From positions 1,080,001-1,112,000 of the forward strand of contig NC_008789.1 of assembly GCF_000015585.1 (NCBI RefSeq): DNA of 32,000 bases, read 5' to 3'. Positions 16,846-30,200 of this stretch are shown one piece after another. The notes beneath the pieces were generated by a model, which saw only the letters and a program-made list of their open reading frames with translations, searched no databases and had not been told where the DNA came from. Within the stretch, counting starts at the first letter, position 1; each line of letters begins with the position of its first letter. A program made the translations under genes and the position numbers. The stretch comes from Halorhodospira halophila SL1 (GTDB lineage Bacteria > Pseudomonadota > Gammaproteobacteria > Nitrococcales > Halorhodospiraceae).

Positions 16846-17643
16846 TCACCGCCCTGCGGCGGCCGCCGGCGCGCTCCGTGCGGCATCGGCCAGACGCACG
16901 AAAGCCTCCACCGACAGCGTCTCCGCCCGCGCCCCGGGATCGACCCCGGCCGCCTCGAACGCCTGCGCCGTCACCAACCCCTTGAGGCTGTTGCGCAGCG
17001 TCTTGCGCCGCCCGCCGAAGGCCGCCGTGACCACCTCCTGCAGCCACGCCTCGTCCTGTGCCCGCGCCGGCAGTGGCCGGTGCGGCACCAGGCGGACAAA
17101 CGACGACATCACCTTCGGCGCCGGGAAGAACGCCCCGGCGGGCACATTGAAACAGCGCTCCACCCGACACCGGTATTGGACCATCACCGACAGCCGCCCG
17201 CGGGTCTTGCCCCCTGGCGGCGCCACCATCCGATCCACCACCTCGCGCTGGAGGAGCAGATGCAGATCCTCGATGACATCGGCCGCAGCGAGCAGATGGA
17301 AGAGGATCGGCGTCGAGACGTTGTAGGGCAGGTTGCCCACCACCCGCAGCCGGCCCTGGGCCGGAGCCAGTTCGGCCGGATCCAGTGCCAGGGCGTCGCC
17401 CTCGATCACCCTCAGCGCCGGGGCAAACCGCTCCTGCAACCGGGGCGCCAGATCGCGATCCAGCTCCACCGCGGTGAGCGTGCCCAGGCGCGCCAGCAGC
17501 GGTTCGGTCAACGCCCCCTCGCCGGGGCCGATCTCCAGCAGCGTCTCCCCCTCCCGCGGGGCGATGGCCGTGACCATACGCTGGATGACCGCCGGGTCGC
17601 GGAGGAAGTTCTGCCCGAAGCGCTTGCGTGGGCGATGGCTCAA
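16846..17643 (-). CDS. rsmA: 16S rRNA (adenine1518/1519-N6)-dimethyltransferase RsmA/KsgA
   Basis: The N-terminus (M)[13 protein letters not shown], the SAM motif [12 protein letters not shown] and [10 protein letters not shown] are present. The only start that keeps the conserved KRFGQNFL block is TTG 17643, which overlaps the argH stop (TTGA). Confidence 0.9.
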
Positions 17644-19037
17644 GCCAGGCGCTCCCGGGCCGCCTGGGCCTGGGCACGGACCTGCTCCGGCGCCGTGCCG
17701 CCAACGTGGGAGCGCGCCGCGACCGAGCCGTCGAGGGTGAGCACGGCGAAGACGTCGTCCCCGATGGCGGTGGAGAACTGCTGGAGCTCCTCAAGGCTGA
17801 GCTCGGCGAGATCCCGATCGGCTTCGGTGGCGTAACGCACGGCACGGCCGACCACCTCGTGGGCGTCGCGGAAGGCCAGCCCCTGGCGGACCAGGTAGTC
17901 GGCCAGGTCGGTGGCCGTGGCGAAGCCGGCCCGGGCCGCCGCGCGGCAACGCTCGCGGTTGACGCTCAGCGCCGGGACCATGTCGGCGAAGGCGGTCAGC
18001 GCATCCCGCGCCGTGTCCACGGCGTCGAAAAGCGGCTCCTTGTCCTCCTGGTTGTCCCGGTTATAGGCCAACGGCTGGCCTTTCATCAGGGTCAGCAGCT
18101 GGACCAGGCTGCCCTGGGCACGGGCCGCCTTGCCCCGCACCAGCTCCGCCACGTCCGGGTTCTTCTTCTGCGGCATGATCGAAGAACCGGTGCAGAAGCG
18201 ATCCGGCAGCTCGATGAAGCCGAACTGCTGAGAGGTCCACAGCACCAGCTCCTCGGCCATGCGCGAGAGGTGGACGAGGATCAGGCTGGCGTCGGCACAG
18301 AATTCGATGGCGAAATCGCGATCGCTGACCGAGTCCAGGGAGTTGCGCGTCGGCGCGTCGAAGCCCAGCTCCCGGGCGGTCGCCTCGCGGTCGATGGGGA
18401 ACGACGTCCCCGCCAGCGCCGCCGCGCCGAGCGGACACTGGTTCAGGCGCCGCCGGCAGTCCGCCAGGCGGTCGCGGTCGCGCTCGAGCATCTCGTACCA
18501 GGCCAGCATGTGGTGCCCGAAGGTCACCGGCTGCGCCACCTGCAGGTGGGTGAAGCCGGGCATGATGGTGTCGGCCTCGCGCTCGGCCAGTTCCACCAGC
18601 CCGTGCTGGAAGCGGGCCAACTCGGCACGGATGGTATCGATGGCCTCGCGCAGGAAGAGGCGCACGTCGGTGGCGATCTGATCGTTGCGCGAGCGGCCGG
18701 TGTGCAGCTTCTTGCCGGCCTCGCCGATGCGCTGGGTCAGCCGATGCTCGATGTTCATGTGCACATCCTCGAGCTGCGGCGACCACGGGAAGCGCTCCTC
18801 GACCACCTCTTGGCGGATCTCGGCCAGCCCCTGGAGGATGGCGTCGCGCTCCGCCTCGGTCAGCACGCCACGCGCGGCGAGCATGCGGGCGTGGGCCTCG
18901 GAGCCCTGGATATCCTGCAGGGCGAGGCGCGCGTCGAACTGCACGGAGGCCGAGAAGCGCTCGACGAAGGCGTCGGTCGCCTCGGTGAAGCGGCCGGTCC
19001 ACAGCTGCTGGCCGGGGGCTGCGTCATTCTGGCTCAT
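17640..19037 (-). CDS. argH: Argininosuccinate lyase
   Basis: 465 aa. LWTGRF near the N-terminus, [12 protein letters not shown] and the fumarate-lyase signature [12 protein letters not shown] are present. Confidence 0.95.
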
Positions 19038-19259
19038 AGCGGGTGCTCACGGTCGATGGTTTGGTGGACAAAAACGGGTCGATGGTCGGCCACCCCGCCC
19101 GACGGGGCCGCCGGCGCGCTCGCCATTGTAGTGCCGAGTGCCGGCTCGGCGCGCCCCCTGCGGCGTCGTGATCGGCGACAACAGGTTGAAAACGGGGCGG
19201 CATTGCGACGACACTCTAGCGTGTTTTTCCCCGAGTCTAACCAGTCAGGATGGACCGTA
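19038..19259. promoter_or_regulatory. Divergent argH / hemC control region
   Basis: A 222-bp gap separates divergent starts. The direct repeat ggtcgatggt occurs at 19050-19059 and 19076-19085. A TTGAAA hexamer lies near 19187, a relatively AT-rich tract at ~19190-19250, and AGGA about 10 nt before the hemC ATG. No confident -10/-35 pair could be assigned. Confidence 0.4.
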
Positions 19260-20192
19260 ATGGCCGCTGAATCCCTGCGAATCGCCACCCGCCGTTCCCA
19301 GCTTGCCATGTGGCAGGCCGAGCACATTGCCGCCGAGTTGCAGCGCCTGCACCCCGGCCTGGAGGTGGAGCTGGTCCCCATGTCCACCCGTGGGGACGAG
19401 ATCCTCGACCAGCCGCTAGCGCGCATCGGCGGCAAGGGCCTGTTTATGAAGGAGCTCGAGGACGGCATGCTGCGCGGCGAGGCCGACCTGGCCGTGCACT
19501 CGATGAAGGACATCCCCTGGCGCCTGCCCGAGGGCTTCGACCTGGCTGCCGTCTCGGACCGGGCCGACCCGCGGGACGCCTTCGTCTCCAACCACTATTC
19601 CGACCTGGATGAGCTGCCCCACGGCGCCCGGGTGGGCACGGCCAGCCTGCGCCGCCAGTGCCAGATCATGGACCGCCGCCCCGACCTGCAGATCGAGGTC
19701 CTGCGCGGCAACGTCCAGACCCGCCTGCGCAAGCTCGATGACGGCGTCTACGACGCGATCATCCTGGCCGCCTCCGGGCTCGACCGCCTGGAGCTGACCC
19801 ACCGCATCGCCGGACGCCTCACGCCGGAGCAGAGCCTGCCGGCGGTGGGCCAGGGCGCCCTGGGCATCGAGTGCCGCGAGGGCGATGAGCGGGTGATGAA
19901 GCTCGTCGAGGGGCTCAATCACGAGGCCACCCGCATCCGGATCAACGCCGAGCGGGGCATGAACGCCCGACTCGAGGGCAGCTGCCAGGTCCCCATCGGC
20001 GGCTACGCGGAGCTCGACGGCGATGAGGTCCACCTGCGGGGGCTGGTAGGCGCCATCGACGGCAGCGAGGTCATCCGGGGCGAGATCCGCGGCCCCGCCG
20101 CGGAGGCCGAGAACCTCGGCCGACAGCTGGGTGACGATCTGCTCGCCCGCGGTGCCGACCGCATCCTCAAGGCCGTCGCCGAGCAGCAATGA
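19260..20192 (+). CDS. hemC: Porphobilinogen deaminase (hydroxymethylbilane synthase)
   Basis: [22 protein letters not shown]... and [25 protein letters not shown] are classic HemC blocks. The product is 310 aa. The upstream part of ORF 17628..20192 is antisense to argH and is not coding. Confidence 0.95.
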   Translation: MAAESLRIATRRSQLAMWQAEHIAAELQRLHPGLEVELVPMSTRGDEILDQPLARIGGKGLFMKELEDGMLRGEADLAVHSMKDIPWRLPEGFDLAAVSDRADPRDAFVSNHYSDLDELPHGARVGTASLRRQCQIMDRRPDLQIEVLRGNVQTRLRKLDDGVYDAIILAASGLDRLELTHRIAGRLTPEQSLPAVGQGALGIECREGDERVMKLVEGLNHEATRIRINAERGMNARLEGSCQVPIGGYAELDGDEVHLRGLVGAIDGSEVIRGEIRGPAAEAENLGRQLGDDLLARGADRILKAVAEQQ

Positions 20193-20979
20193 CCCAGCCC
20201 CTGGACGGTACCGGCGTTATCGTCACCCGACCGACCCACCAGGCGGAGGGTCTGGTCCACGCCCTGGAGGCGGCGGGTGCCGGCGTTTGGCGGTTCCCCA
20301 CCCTGGATATCATCGCCGAACCGGAAGATGCCGCGCGGCAGGAGGCGGCCCGGCGAGCCGCCTGCGCCGACTGGCTGATCTTCGTCAGCCAGAACGCCGT
20401 CGCCCATGGGCTACCGCGCATCCGCGCCGCCGGGGGCCCCGCCGGCCACGCCCGCTGCGCCACCGTCGGCCAGGGCACAGCCGAGGCACTTCGTCGCAAC
20501 GGCATCGAGGAGGTGCTTTACCCCCGACACGGCGCCACCAGCGAGGATCTGCTGGCGGAAACAGATCTTGGCAGGATCAGCGCGGGCCGTGTCATGATAG
20601 TTCGCGGAGTTGGGGGGCGACCGTATCTCGCCGAGGCGCTCCGCGCCCGTGGCGCGGAAGTGGATTTTCTGGAAGTCTATCGGCGCGTCCGGCCATCGAC
20701 CGACCCCGCCCCGCTCCTTGAGGCCGCCGAGGCCGATCGGGTTCAGGTCGTCGTCGCCACCAGCGGCGAGGTCCTGGACAACTTCCTGGAGCTGGTCGGG
20801 GATCGTGGCCGACGGTGGCTCGCCCGGGCCGGCGTTGTCGTCATCGGCGAGCGCGTGGCCACCATGGCAGCCCCCCACGCCGGACATGTCGAGATCGCGG
20901 CAACCGCGGCGGAAGAAGAGCTCACGGCGGCCACCGCACGCGCCGCCAGGGCCGTGGCAGAGATCAGGAGTAGGCGAAG

Positions 20980-20983
<4 letters not shown>
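20189..20983 (+). CDS. hemD: Uroporphyrinogen-III synthase
   Basis: 264 aa. ATG 20189 overlaps the hemC stop (ATGA). It shows a HemD-like two-lobe pattern (..GVIVTRP..; ..[11 protein letters not shown]..; ..VATSGE..) and the position between hemC and hemX is conserved. Confidence 0.8.
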
Positions 20984-22638
<1,655 letters not shown>

Positions 22639-22639
22639 C

Positions 22640-23965
22640 ATGCGCCGCCTGTTCATCTACCTACTGATCCTGGCCGGTGCCGTACTTACGGCGCTGTACT
22701 TCAACCAGCAGGAGGGCTACGTGATGCTCTCCATCGGACCGTGGCGGCTGGAGATGAGCCTGCTCTTCTCCGCTGTGGTCCTGGGGCTTCTGGTCCTCCT
22801 GCTCTACCTGGCCCTGGCCGCCCTGGGGCGGTTGTGGAGCATGCCGCGCCGGCTGCGCAGCTGGCAGGGCCAGCGCCGACAGGAGTCGGCCCGCACCGAG
22901 CTGACCTCGGGGCTGCTGCGCTTTGCCGAGGGCGACTACGACACCGCCGAGCAGCAGCTGGTGCATAGCGCCCGACGCAGCGAGGCACCGCTGGTCAACT
23001 ACCTGACCGCCGCGATCGCCGCCCAGCGTCGCGGCGCCCGGGAGGTGCGGGACGGCTACCTGACCACGGCCGAGAAGAGCGGCCCCGACGCCAACCTGGC
23101 GGTGCGGCTGCTCCAGGCGCAGCTGCAGGCCGAATCCGGTCAGTGGGAGGAGGCCCAGGCCAGCGTCTCGGCCGTTCTCGACAAGGAACCCAAGCACCGC
23201 CGGGCCCTGGAGCTGATGGTTGGTTGCTGCCGGGCCCTGGGCGACTGGGAGCGACTGGAGCCCCTGCTGCCACGCATCGAGCGCCAGGGGATCCTGCCCA
23301 AGAACGAGCTCACCGAGCTCAACCGCTGGGTCGCCCGCGAGCGACTGGCCCAGGCCGCGGGCGAGGACACCCAAGCCCTGCAGGAGGCCTGGCGTGAGTT
23401 GAGCCGGGGCCTGCGCAAGGATCCCGACGTCATCTGCTCCTACGTGGACGGGCTGACCACCCTGGGTGAGGTACAAAGCGCCGTGGAACTCATCCAGAAG
23501 CAGCTGCACAAGGAGTGGAACCCCGACCTGCTCCAGCGCTACGCGCGCCTGCCGGCGGATGACATCGACACCTACGCCGCCCGGCTGGAGAAGGCCGAGG
23601 GCTGGATCGAGGCCCACCGGGACGACCCCAAGGCCCTCTACGCCGCCGGTGTCCTGGCCCTGCAGGCCGAGCAGTGGGAACGGGGCCGGGACTACCTGCA
23701 GGCCGCCGTGGACCAGACCGCCCGGCCGGAGTACCTGCGGACCCTCGGCGCCCTCCAGGAGCACCTGGGGGACTACGACGGCGCCCGGGCCACGTACCGG
23801 CTGGCCATGGACCTCTCCGGTGCCGGGAGCGACGCCCTCCCCGGTCTGCCGGGCCCGACCGCTTCGGGTCGGACGGCCACACCGGGGCTCGAGGACGACA
23901 GTAGCGCACCCCCCACCGACTACGCCGCCGACGAGGACACCGAGGGTCGGCCCCGCCAGGACTGA
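22640..23965 (+). CDS. hemY: HemY-family inner-membrane TPR protein (heme biosynthesis-associated)
   Basis: The N-terminus has two TM segments plus LLRFAEGDYDTAEQ...PLVNYLTAAIAAQRRG, colinear with E. coli HemY (LLKLAEGDYQQVEK..PVVNYLLAAEAAQQRG). TPR-like repeats follow, then an acidic C-terminal tail. Confidence 0.8.
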   Translation: MRRLFIYLLILAGAVLTALYFNQQEGYVMLSIGPWRLEMSLLFSAVVLGLLVLLLYLALAALGRLWSMPRRLRSWQGQRRQESARTELTSGLLRFAEGDYDTAEQQLVHSARRSEAPLVNYLTAAIAAQRRGAREVRDGYLTTAEKSGPDANLAVRLLQAQLQAESGQWEEAQASVSAVLDKEPKHRRALELMVGCCRALGDWERLEPLLPRIERQGILPKNELTELNRWVARERLAQAAGEDTQALQEAWRELSRGLRKDPDVICSYVDGLTTLGEVQSAVELIQKQLHKEWNPDLLQRYARLPADDIDTYAARLEKAEGWIEAHRDDPKALYAAGVLALQAEQWERGRDYLQAAVDQTARPEYLRTLGALQEHLGDYDGARATYRLAMDLSGAGSDALPGLPGPTASGRTATPGLEDDSSAPPTDYAADEDTEGRPRQD

Positions 23966-24001
23966 CCCCCGGCCCTGCAGGCGGACACCCTGACGGGGGA
24001 T

Positions 24002-24042
24002 GAGAAAAGGCCCCGGGCCGTTATCGGCCCGGGGCCTTTCTC
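24002..24042. terminator. Bidirectional intrinsic-terminator-like hairpin between convergent hemY and maeB
   Basis: gagaaaaggccccgggccg / ttat / cggcccggggcctttctc forms a ~18-bp stem with one bulged A. An A-run lies on the left and a T-rich tract (ctttctcgtt) on the right. It sits in the 105-bp convergent gap. Confidence 0.7.
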
Positions 24043-24070
24043 GTTGCACCTCCGCCTGCTAGCGTCGGCG

Positions 24071-26365
24071 CTACGGATGCCTCTCCGGCTCCACCGCATC
24101 GGTCATCTGCGCCTCGACCACGGACAGGGCGGTGAGGTTGACGATGGCCCGAACGGTGGACGACGGGGTGAGCAGGTGGGCCGGTTTCGCGGTCCCGAGC
24201 AGGATCGGCCCGACAGAGACGCTGTCGGTGGTCGCCTTGAGCAGGTTGAACGAGATGTTGGCGGCGTCGAGCCCCGGCATGATCAGCAGGTTCGCCTCCC
24301 CCTCGAGCTGCGCATCGGGGAAGATGCGCCGTCGCACCTCCTCGGAGATCGCTGCGTCGCCGTGCATCTCGCCCTCCACCTCGAGGGCCGGGTCCCGGTC
24401 CTGGATCAGCTCCAGGGCGTGGCGCATCTTCTCCGCCGAGGGCTGCGACGAGGTACCGAAGTTCGAGTGCGAGAGCAGCGCCACCTTCGGCACCGTTCCG
24501 AAACGGCGCACCTCGTCCGCAGCCAACAAGGTCATCTCGGCGATCTCGTGGGGGTTCGGATCCTGGTTGACGTAGGTGTCCGCCAGGAAGAAGGTCCCCT
24601 TGGGCATGATCAGCACGTTCATCGCCGCCAGGTTGCGCACCCCGCGGCGACGGCCGATAACGTCCTGAACGTGCTGCATCTGCCGCTGATAGCGCCCCTC
24701 GATACCGCCGACCAGGGCGTCGGCGTCGCCTAGATGGACCATCAGTGCGCCGATGACCGTGTTGCGGGTACGCACCACCGTCCGCGCCCGGGCCGGCGTC
24801 ACGCCGCGCCGGGCCATCAGCTGGTAGTACGCCTGCCAATAGTCGCGGTAGCGGGGGTCGCCCTCGGGGTCGACCAGCTCGAAATCCTCGTCGATCTGTA
24901 CCCGCAAACCGAGCTGGCGCAGCCGCTTCTCCACCACGCGCCGGCGCCCGACGACGATGGGCCGCGCAAGCTGTTCGTCGACCACCAGCTGCACGGCACG
25001 GAGGATCCGCTCCTCTTCGCCGTCGGTGTAGACCACCCGCTTGGGCTGCTCCCGGGCGCGCTCGAAAATCGGCTTCATGACCAGCCCGGACTGGAACACG
25101 TACTGCTGCAGCTGCAGGCGGTAGGCCTCGAAGTCCGCGATCGGCCGGCAAGCCACCCCGCTCTCCATGGCGGCTTGGGCCACCGCCGGCGCCACGCGGC
25201 TGATCAGTCGGGGGTCGAAGGGCTTGGGAATCAGGTACTCGGGGCCGAAGCTCCAGGGCCGGCCGCCGTAGGCTGCCACCACCTCCTCGGACGACTCCTC
25301 GGTAGCCAGGTCGGCGATGGCCTCCACCGCGGCGATCTTCATCGCCTCGTTGATGGCGCTGGCGCCCACATCCAGCGCCCCGCGGAAGATGAACGGGAAG
25401 CAGAGGACGTTGTTCACCTGGTTGGGGTAATCCGAGCGGCCGGTGGCGATCACCGCATCGGGCCGGGCCTCGCGCACCTCCTCGGGGAGGATCTCGGGAA
25501 CCGGATTGGCCAACGCCATGATGATCGGCTGATCGGCCATCAGGTGGACCATCTCGGCATTCAGCACCCCCGGTGCCGACAGCCCGAGGAAGATGTCCGC
25601 GCCCTCGATCACCTCGCGCAGACTGCGGGAGGCCGTCTCCCGGGCATAGCCTTCCTTACGCGGGTCCATGTACTCCTTGCGCCCCTTGTAGACCACGCCC
25701 TTGCGATCGGTGACGGTGATCTGCTCCTTGGGCAGCCCCATGGCCACCAGCAGGTCGAGGCAGGCGATGGCCGCGGCACCGGCGCCGGAGCAGACCAGGG
25801 TGACGTCCTCGAGCCGCTTGCCCACCACGCGCAGGCCATTGCGGATAGCCGCAGCAGTGATGATGGCGGTGCCGTGCTGATCATCGTGGAACACCGGGAT
25901 GTTCATCCGGCGCTTGAGGGCCTCCTCGATCTCGAAGCACTCCGGGGCCTTGATGTCCTCCAGATTGATGCCGCCGAAGGTCGGCTCCAGAGCGGAGACG
26001 ATGTCGACGAAGCGCTCGGCGTCCGGCTCGTCGACCTCGATGTCGAAGACATCGATTCCGGCGAACTTCTTGAACAGGACACCCTTGCCCTCCATCACCG
26101 GTTTCGACGCCAGTGGACCGATGTTACCCAGGCCGAGCACGGCGGAACCGTTGGTGATGACCGCCACCAGGTTGCCCCGGGCGGTCATGGCGGCCGCCTC
26201 GCGCGGGTCGTTGACGATGGCTTCGCAGGCCGAGGCAACCCCGGGGGAGTAGGCCAGGGCGAGGTCACGCTGGTTGGCCAGCGGCTTGCTGGGGATGACC
26301 TCGATCTTCCCGGGGGTCGGCTGCCGATGGTATTCGAGCGCGGCTTCTTTGAAGTCGTCGGACAT
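24071..26365 (-). CDS. maeB: NADP-dependent malic enzyme (malic enzyme domain fused to a phosphotransacetylase-like domain)
   Basis: The 764-aa product starts [44 protein letters not shown]. The C-terminal half is PTA-like. The 145-aa upstream extension in ORF 24071..26800 overlaps the hydrolase gene and is rejected. AAGGGA lies about 7 nt before ATG 26365. Confidence 0.92.
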   Translation of the reverse strand: MSDDFKEAALEYHRQPTPGKIEVIPSKPLANQRDLALAYSPGVASACEAIVNDPREAAAMTARGNLVAVITNGSAVLGLGNIGPLASKPVMEGKGVLFKKFAGIDVFDIEVDEPDAERFVDIVSALEPTFGGINLEDIKAPECFEIEEALKRRMNIPVFHDDQHGTAIITAAAIRNGLRVVGKRLEDVTLVCSGAGAAAIACLDLLVAMGLPKEQITVTDRKGVVYKGRKEYMDPRKEGYARETASRSLREVIEGADIFLGLSAPGVLNAEMVHLMADQPIIMALANPVPEILPEEVREARPDAVIATGRSDYPNQVNNVLCFPFIFRGALDVGASAINEAMKIAAVEAIADLATEESSEEVVAAYGGRPWSFGPEYLIPKPFDPRLISRVAPAVAQAAMESGVACRPIADFEAYRLQLQQYVFQSGLVMKPIFERAREQPKRVVYTDGEEERILRAVQLVVDEQLARPIVVGRRRVVEKRLRQLGLRVQIDEDFELVDPEGDPRYRDYWQAYYQLMARRGVTPARARTVVRTRNTVIGALMVHLGDADALVGGIEGRYQRQMQHVQDVIGRRRGVRNLAAMNVLIMPKGTFFLADTYVNQDPNPHEIAEMTLLAADEVRRFGTVPKVALLSHSNFGTSSQPSAEKMRHALELIQDRDPALEVEGEMHGDAAISEEVRRRIFPDAQLEGEANLLIMPGLDAANISFNLLKATTDSVSVGPILLGTAKPAHLLTPSSTVRAIVNLTALSVVEAQMTDAVEPERHP

Positions 26366-26394
26366 ATAAAATCCCTTGGGTATTGGATCAGCCC

Positions 26395-26400
26395 AGTATA
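26395..26400 (-). promoter_or_regulatory. Candidate -10 hexamer (TATACT on the minus strand) for maeB
   Basis: It lies in the only AT-rich patch of the 70-bp gap upstream of maeB, about 30 nt before the ATG. No convincing -35 is present (TGGCAG at best). Confidence 0.25.
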
Positions 26401-26435
26401 GGGTGAGCTTCAGGCTTGCTGCCAGGGTGGTGGCG

Positions 26436-27230
26436 TCACCGCGCCGGATAGGCGTGCGCCAGGAACCGCTCCACGGCAGCTGCGAACGCCTCGGGCTGCT
26501 CGGCGTGGAGCCAGTGGCCCGCCCCCTCGAGAGCCGCGTATTCGGCCTTCGGGAAGTACGCCGCCACGGCATCCCGGTGGCGATCGGGATCGAAGTAGTC
26601 GGAGGCGGTCCCGTAGAGGAACAGCGCCGGACCGTCGTAGGCGCCCTCCAGCTCCGGGAAGCCCTGAATATCCGGGACCGCGTCGGCGAGGAACTGGAGA
26701 GGGATACGCCAACGGTAGCCGCCCTCGTCAGCGGGGACCAGGTTGGTGAGGAGGAACTGGCGCACCGCCGGCGAGTCGATCGCTGCCGCCAGCGCTGCAT
26801 CCACTTCGCGCCGATTGCCTGCGCCGGCCACGTCGACCTGCTGCAGCGCCCCGATCAGCGTGCCGTGGTTATGCTGGTAGGTCACCGGGGCGATGTCCGC
26901 AGCGATCACGGCCGCTACCCGCTGCGGTCGGGTCAGTGCGAGGGTCATGGCCACCTTGCCGCCCATGGAGTGACCGAGCACGGCCACCCGCTCGATGCCT
27001 TCCCGGTCGAGCAGCGCCACGACATCCTCGGTCAGCGTCGGGTAATCCATGCCGGGCCGATGGGGCGAGCGGCCGTGGTTGCGCAGGTCTGGGGCCAGCA
27101 CCCGATAGTCGTGGGCGAAGCGCCGCGTGAAGCGGTTGAGGTTGCCACTGCTGCCGTAGAGCCCGTGGAGCAGCAACAGCGGCGCCCCCGTGCCGCGGGT
27201 GGTCAGGGAGAGTTGCACCGGTTCGCTCAT
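26436..27230 (-). CDS. Alpha/beta-fold hydrolase (YbfF-like esterase)
   Basis: 264 aa. The LLLLHGLYGSSGNL oxyanion region, the nucleophile elbow GHSMGG and the C-terminal GAGHWLHAEQP (His) make up the typical alpha/beta hydrolase triad layout. GAGG lies 5 nt before the ATG. Confidence 0.72.
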   Translation of the reverse strand: MSEPVQLSLTTRGTGAPLLLLHGLYGSSGNLNRFTRRFAHDYRVLAPDLRNHGRSPHRPGMDYPTLTEDVVALLDREGIERVAVLGHSMGGKVAMTLALTRPQRVAAVIAADIAPVTYQHNHGTLIGALQQVDVAGAGNRREVDAALAAAIDSPAVRQFLLTNLVPADEGGYRWRIPLQFLADAVPDIQGFPELEGAYDGPALFLYGTASDYFDPDRHRDAVAAYFPKAEYAALEGAGHWLHAEQPEAFAAAVERFLAHAYPAR

Positions 27231-27245
27231 AGGACCTCGTGTCGT

Positions 27246-30200
27246 TCAGGGTTCGGAGAAACGCCGGGCATCGCCCACCTGGACCAGCGCCTTGAGTTCC
27301 TGGACCGCCACCGCCAGCACGGCGCTCCCCGGCGCCGCGCCCTGCTGCACCTCGGTCAGAACCGCCTGCAGCCGCTCCACCGCCACGCGGCGCTCGTCCA
27401 GGAGAGGCTCGACCGCCGCCGGATCGGCCCCGCGGGCGGTCACCAGCTGCGCCGTCAGGCCACGCAACTGGAGATCGTAATCCGCCACCAGCCCCTCGCG
27501 GAAGCGCACCTGCCAGCCATCCTGCGCCTCGAGCCGCTCCAGCCGATGGCGCAGCTCGGCCAGCCCGAGCCGCTCCACCAGCTGGAAGTAACTGGCTGCG
27601 ATGGCCAGCTCGTCGGCCCCGGTGGCCTCGGCGACCTTGACCCAGTCCAGGGCCGGGTAGAGCGCCGGCAGGGCCGCCACGCGCCGAGCCAGCGCCGGCG
27701 GCAGACCGGCCTGCTCCAGCCGCTGACCCTCGGCCATCAGGGCGTCAGCCTGGGCGTCGGGCAACAGCTCGACCAGATGCTCGCTGAGCCGCTGCAGGCT
27801 CGGTTGCACCCGGGCCACCGCCGCTGCAGCGCCCGCCTCGCCCACCTCGGCCCCCGCGTTACGCAGCAGCCACAGGGTGGCGTGCTCGTGGAGGTCGCGC
27901 AGCCCCTGGAGCCGCTCCGTCACCACAGCGTGCTCCACGTCGTCGACCCGCGCCTCAACCCCCTCCCAGGCGGTGTCTAGACCAAACATGGCCTCGGCGA
28001 CGTACCACGCGCGGACCACCTCGGCCACCGCGCAGCCGGAACGCGCCGCCATGCGGACGCAGAAGGTCTCGCCCATGCGGTTGACGACCCGGTTGGCGGC
28101 GGCGGTGGCAATCAGCTCCCGGCGCAGGCGGTGGCGACGGATCCGCTCCGGATAGCGCTCGCCGAGCGCCGGCGGAAAGTACTCGAACAGCAGCGGCTCC
28201 ATGAACGCCTCGTCGAGCAGGGCCGTGGCACGCAGCTCGCGCTGGGTGACGATCTTGGCGTACGCCAGGAGGACCGCCAGCTCGGGGCGCAGCAGCCCCA
28301 CCCCCCGGGCAGCCCGCTCCGCCAGCGCCTCGTCGTCGGGCAGCCCCTCCAGGCTCCGGTCGAGGATGCCGTCGCGCTCAAGCCGGCGCATCAGCTCGAC
28401 GTGCTCATCGAGGCGTGCCGGGGCCTCGGCCTCGGCCAGGCTCAGGGCACCGGCCTGGGCGCGACAGGTCTCAAGCACCCGCTCGGCAACCTGCTCGGTC
28501 ATCTCGGCGAGCAGGGCGTCCCGGTGCCGGCCGGTCAGCTCCCCGTCGTCGCGGGCGCCATTGAGCAGGATCTTGATGTTGACCTCGTAGTCCGAGCAGG
28601 CCACGCCGCCGACGTTGTCGATGGCGTCGGTGTTGATCCGGCCGCCGGCGGCGGCGTACTCGACCCGCGCCGCCTGGGTGAAGCCCAGGTTGCCCCCCTC
28701 GCCCACCACCCGGCAGCGCAGCTGCCGGGCATCGACCCGAACGCTGTCGGTGGCCTTGTCACCGACCTCGGCATGGCTCTGCTCCCGGGCCTTGACGTAG
28801 GTGCCGATACCGCCGTTCCACAGCAGGTCCACCGGCGCGCGCAGCACCGCCTGGATCAGCTCGTCCGGGGTCAGCTCGGCGGTCTCGATCCCCAGCGCCC
28901 GGCACGCCTCGGCAGAGAGGGAGACGGACTTGGCACTGCGCGGATAGACGCCGCCCCCGGCGGAGATTCGATCCGGGTCGTAGTCCGCCCAGCTCGACGC
29001 CTCCAGGGCGAAAAGCCGCTGGCGTTCCGCGTAGGCGCGGGCCGGGTCGGGCTCCGGGTCAATGAAGACGTGGCGGTGATCAAAGGCGGCGAGCAGACGG
29101 ATCTGCTCGGAGCAGAGCATGCCGTTGCCGAAGACGTCGCCGGACATGTCGCCGATGCCGACCACGGTCACCGATTCCCGCTGCACATCCCGGCCGAGTT
29201 CGCGGAAGTGCCGCCGCACCGACTCCCAGGCACCGCGCGCGGTGATGCCCATCGCCTTGTGGTCGTAGCCAGCCGAACCTCCAGAGGCGAAGGCGTCGTC
29301 CAGCCAGAAGGCGTGGGCTGCCGAGACGCTGTTGGCCAGATCCGAGAAGCTGGCCGTACCCTTGTCCGCCGCGACCACCAGGTAGGGATCGTCGCCGTCG
29401 TGGCGCAGCACGCCCTGCGGCGCCACCGCCCGGCCATCGCGCAGGTTGTCGGTGATCTGCAGCAGCGCGTCGATGTAGGCGCGATAGGCGGCCCGCACCG
29501 CCTCACGCTGCGCGGCCCCCGCCTCGGGGAGGTCCTTGACCACGAACCCGCCCTTGGCCCCGACCGGCACGATGGCGGCGTTCTTGACGATCTGCGCCTT
29601 CATCAGGCCGAGCACCTCGCTGCGGTAGTCCTCCCGCCGGGTCGACCAGCGCAAACCGCCGCGGGCAACCTCCCCGCCCCGCAGGTGGACCCCCTCGAAG
29701 GCCGGGGCGTAGACGAAGACCTCGGCCCAAGGCACCGGCCGGGGCAGATCGGGGATGCCAGCCGGGCGCAGCTTGAGGGCCAGCGGTGCGCCCGGCTGGA
29801 CGGCGTAGTGGTTCGTCCGGACGGTCGCCTCCAGCGCCGCCAGGAGCTGGCGCAGGATCCGGTCCTGATCCAGGCTGGCCACACCGTGCAGCGCCTCGCG
29901 GATGGCGACTACCTCGGCGGCGGCCCGCTCGGCGTCGGCGCGCTCGGGGTCGAAGCGGGCGTGGAACAGCGCCACCAGCAGCGCGGCGATACGCGGATGC
30001 GCGGCCAGGGTCTCGGCCATGTACGCCTGGGAGAAGGCGCTGCCGATCTGACGCAGATAACGGGCGTAGGCGCGGAGCAGGGCCACCTCCCGCCAGTCCA
30101 GACCGGCAGCCAGGACCAGGCGGTTGAAGCCGTCGCTCTCGGCCGCCTGCGCCCATACCGCCGCGAAGGCGTCGCGGAAGCGCTCGGCCACCGACTGGGT

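Noticed and set aside
17628-19259. Upstream 544 codons of the long ORF that ends as hemC
   Set aside because: This part is antisense to argH, which has the fumarate-lyase signature. The HemC homology begins only at ATG 19260.
22661-24049. 462-aa minus-strand ORF opposite hemY
   Set aside because: It is a shadow ORF. hemY on the + strand is colinear with E. coli HemY.
26410-26430. TGGCAG...CTGAA resembling a sigma-54 -24/-12 element upstream of maeB
   Set aside because: The -12 TTGC(A/T) element is not present at the required spacing, so this is probably chance in GC-rich DNA.
26366-26800. 145-aa N-terminal extension of the maeB ORF
   Set aside because: It overlaps the 3' part of the alpha/beta hydrolase gene. 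The conserved malic-enzyme N-terminus starts at [13 protein letters not shown] (ATG 26365), which has its own AAGGGA SD.
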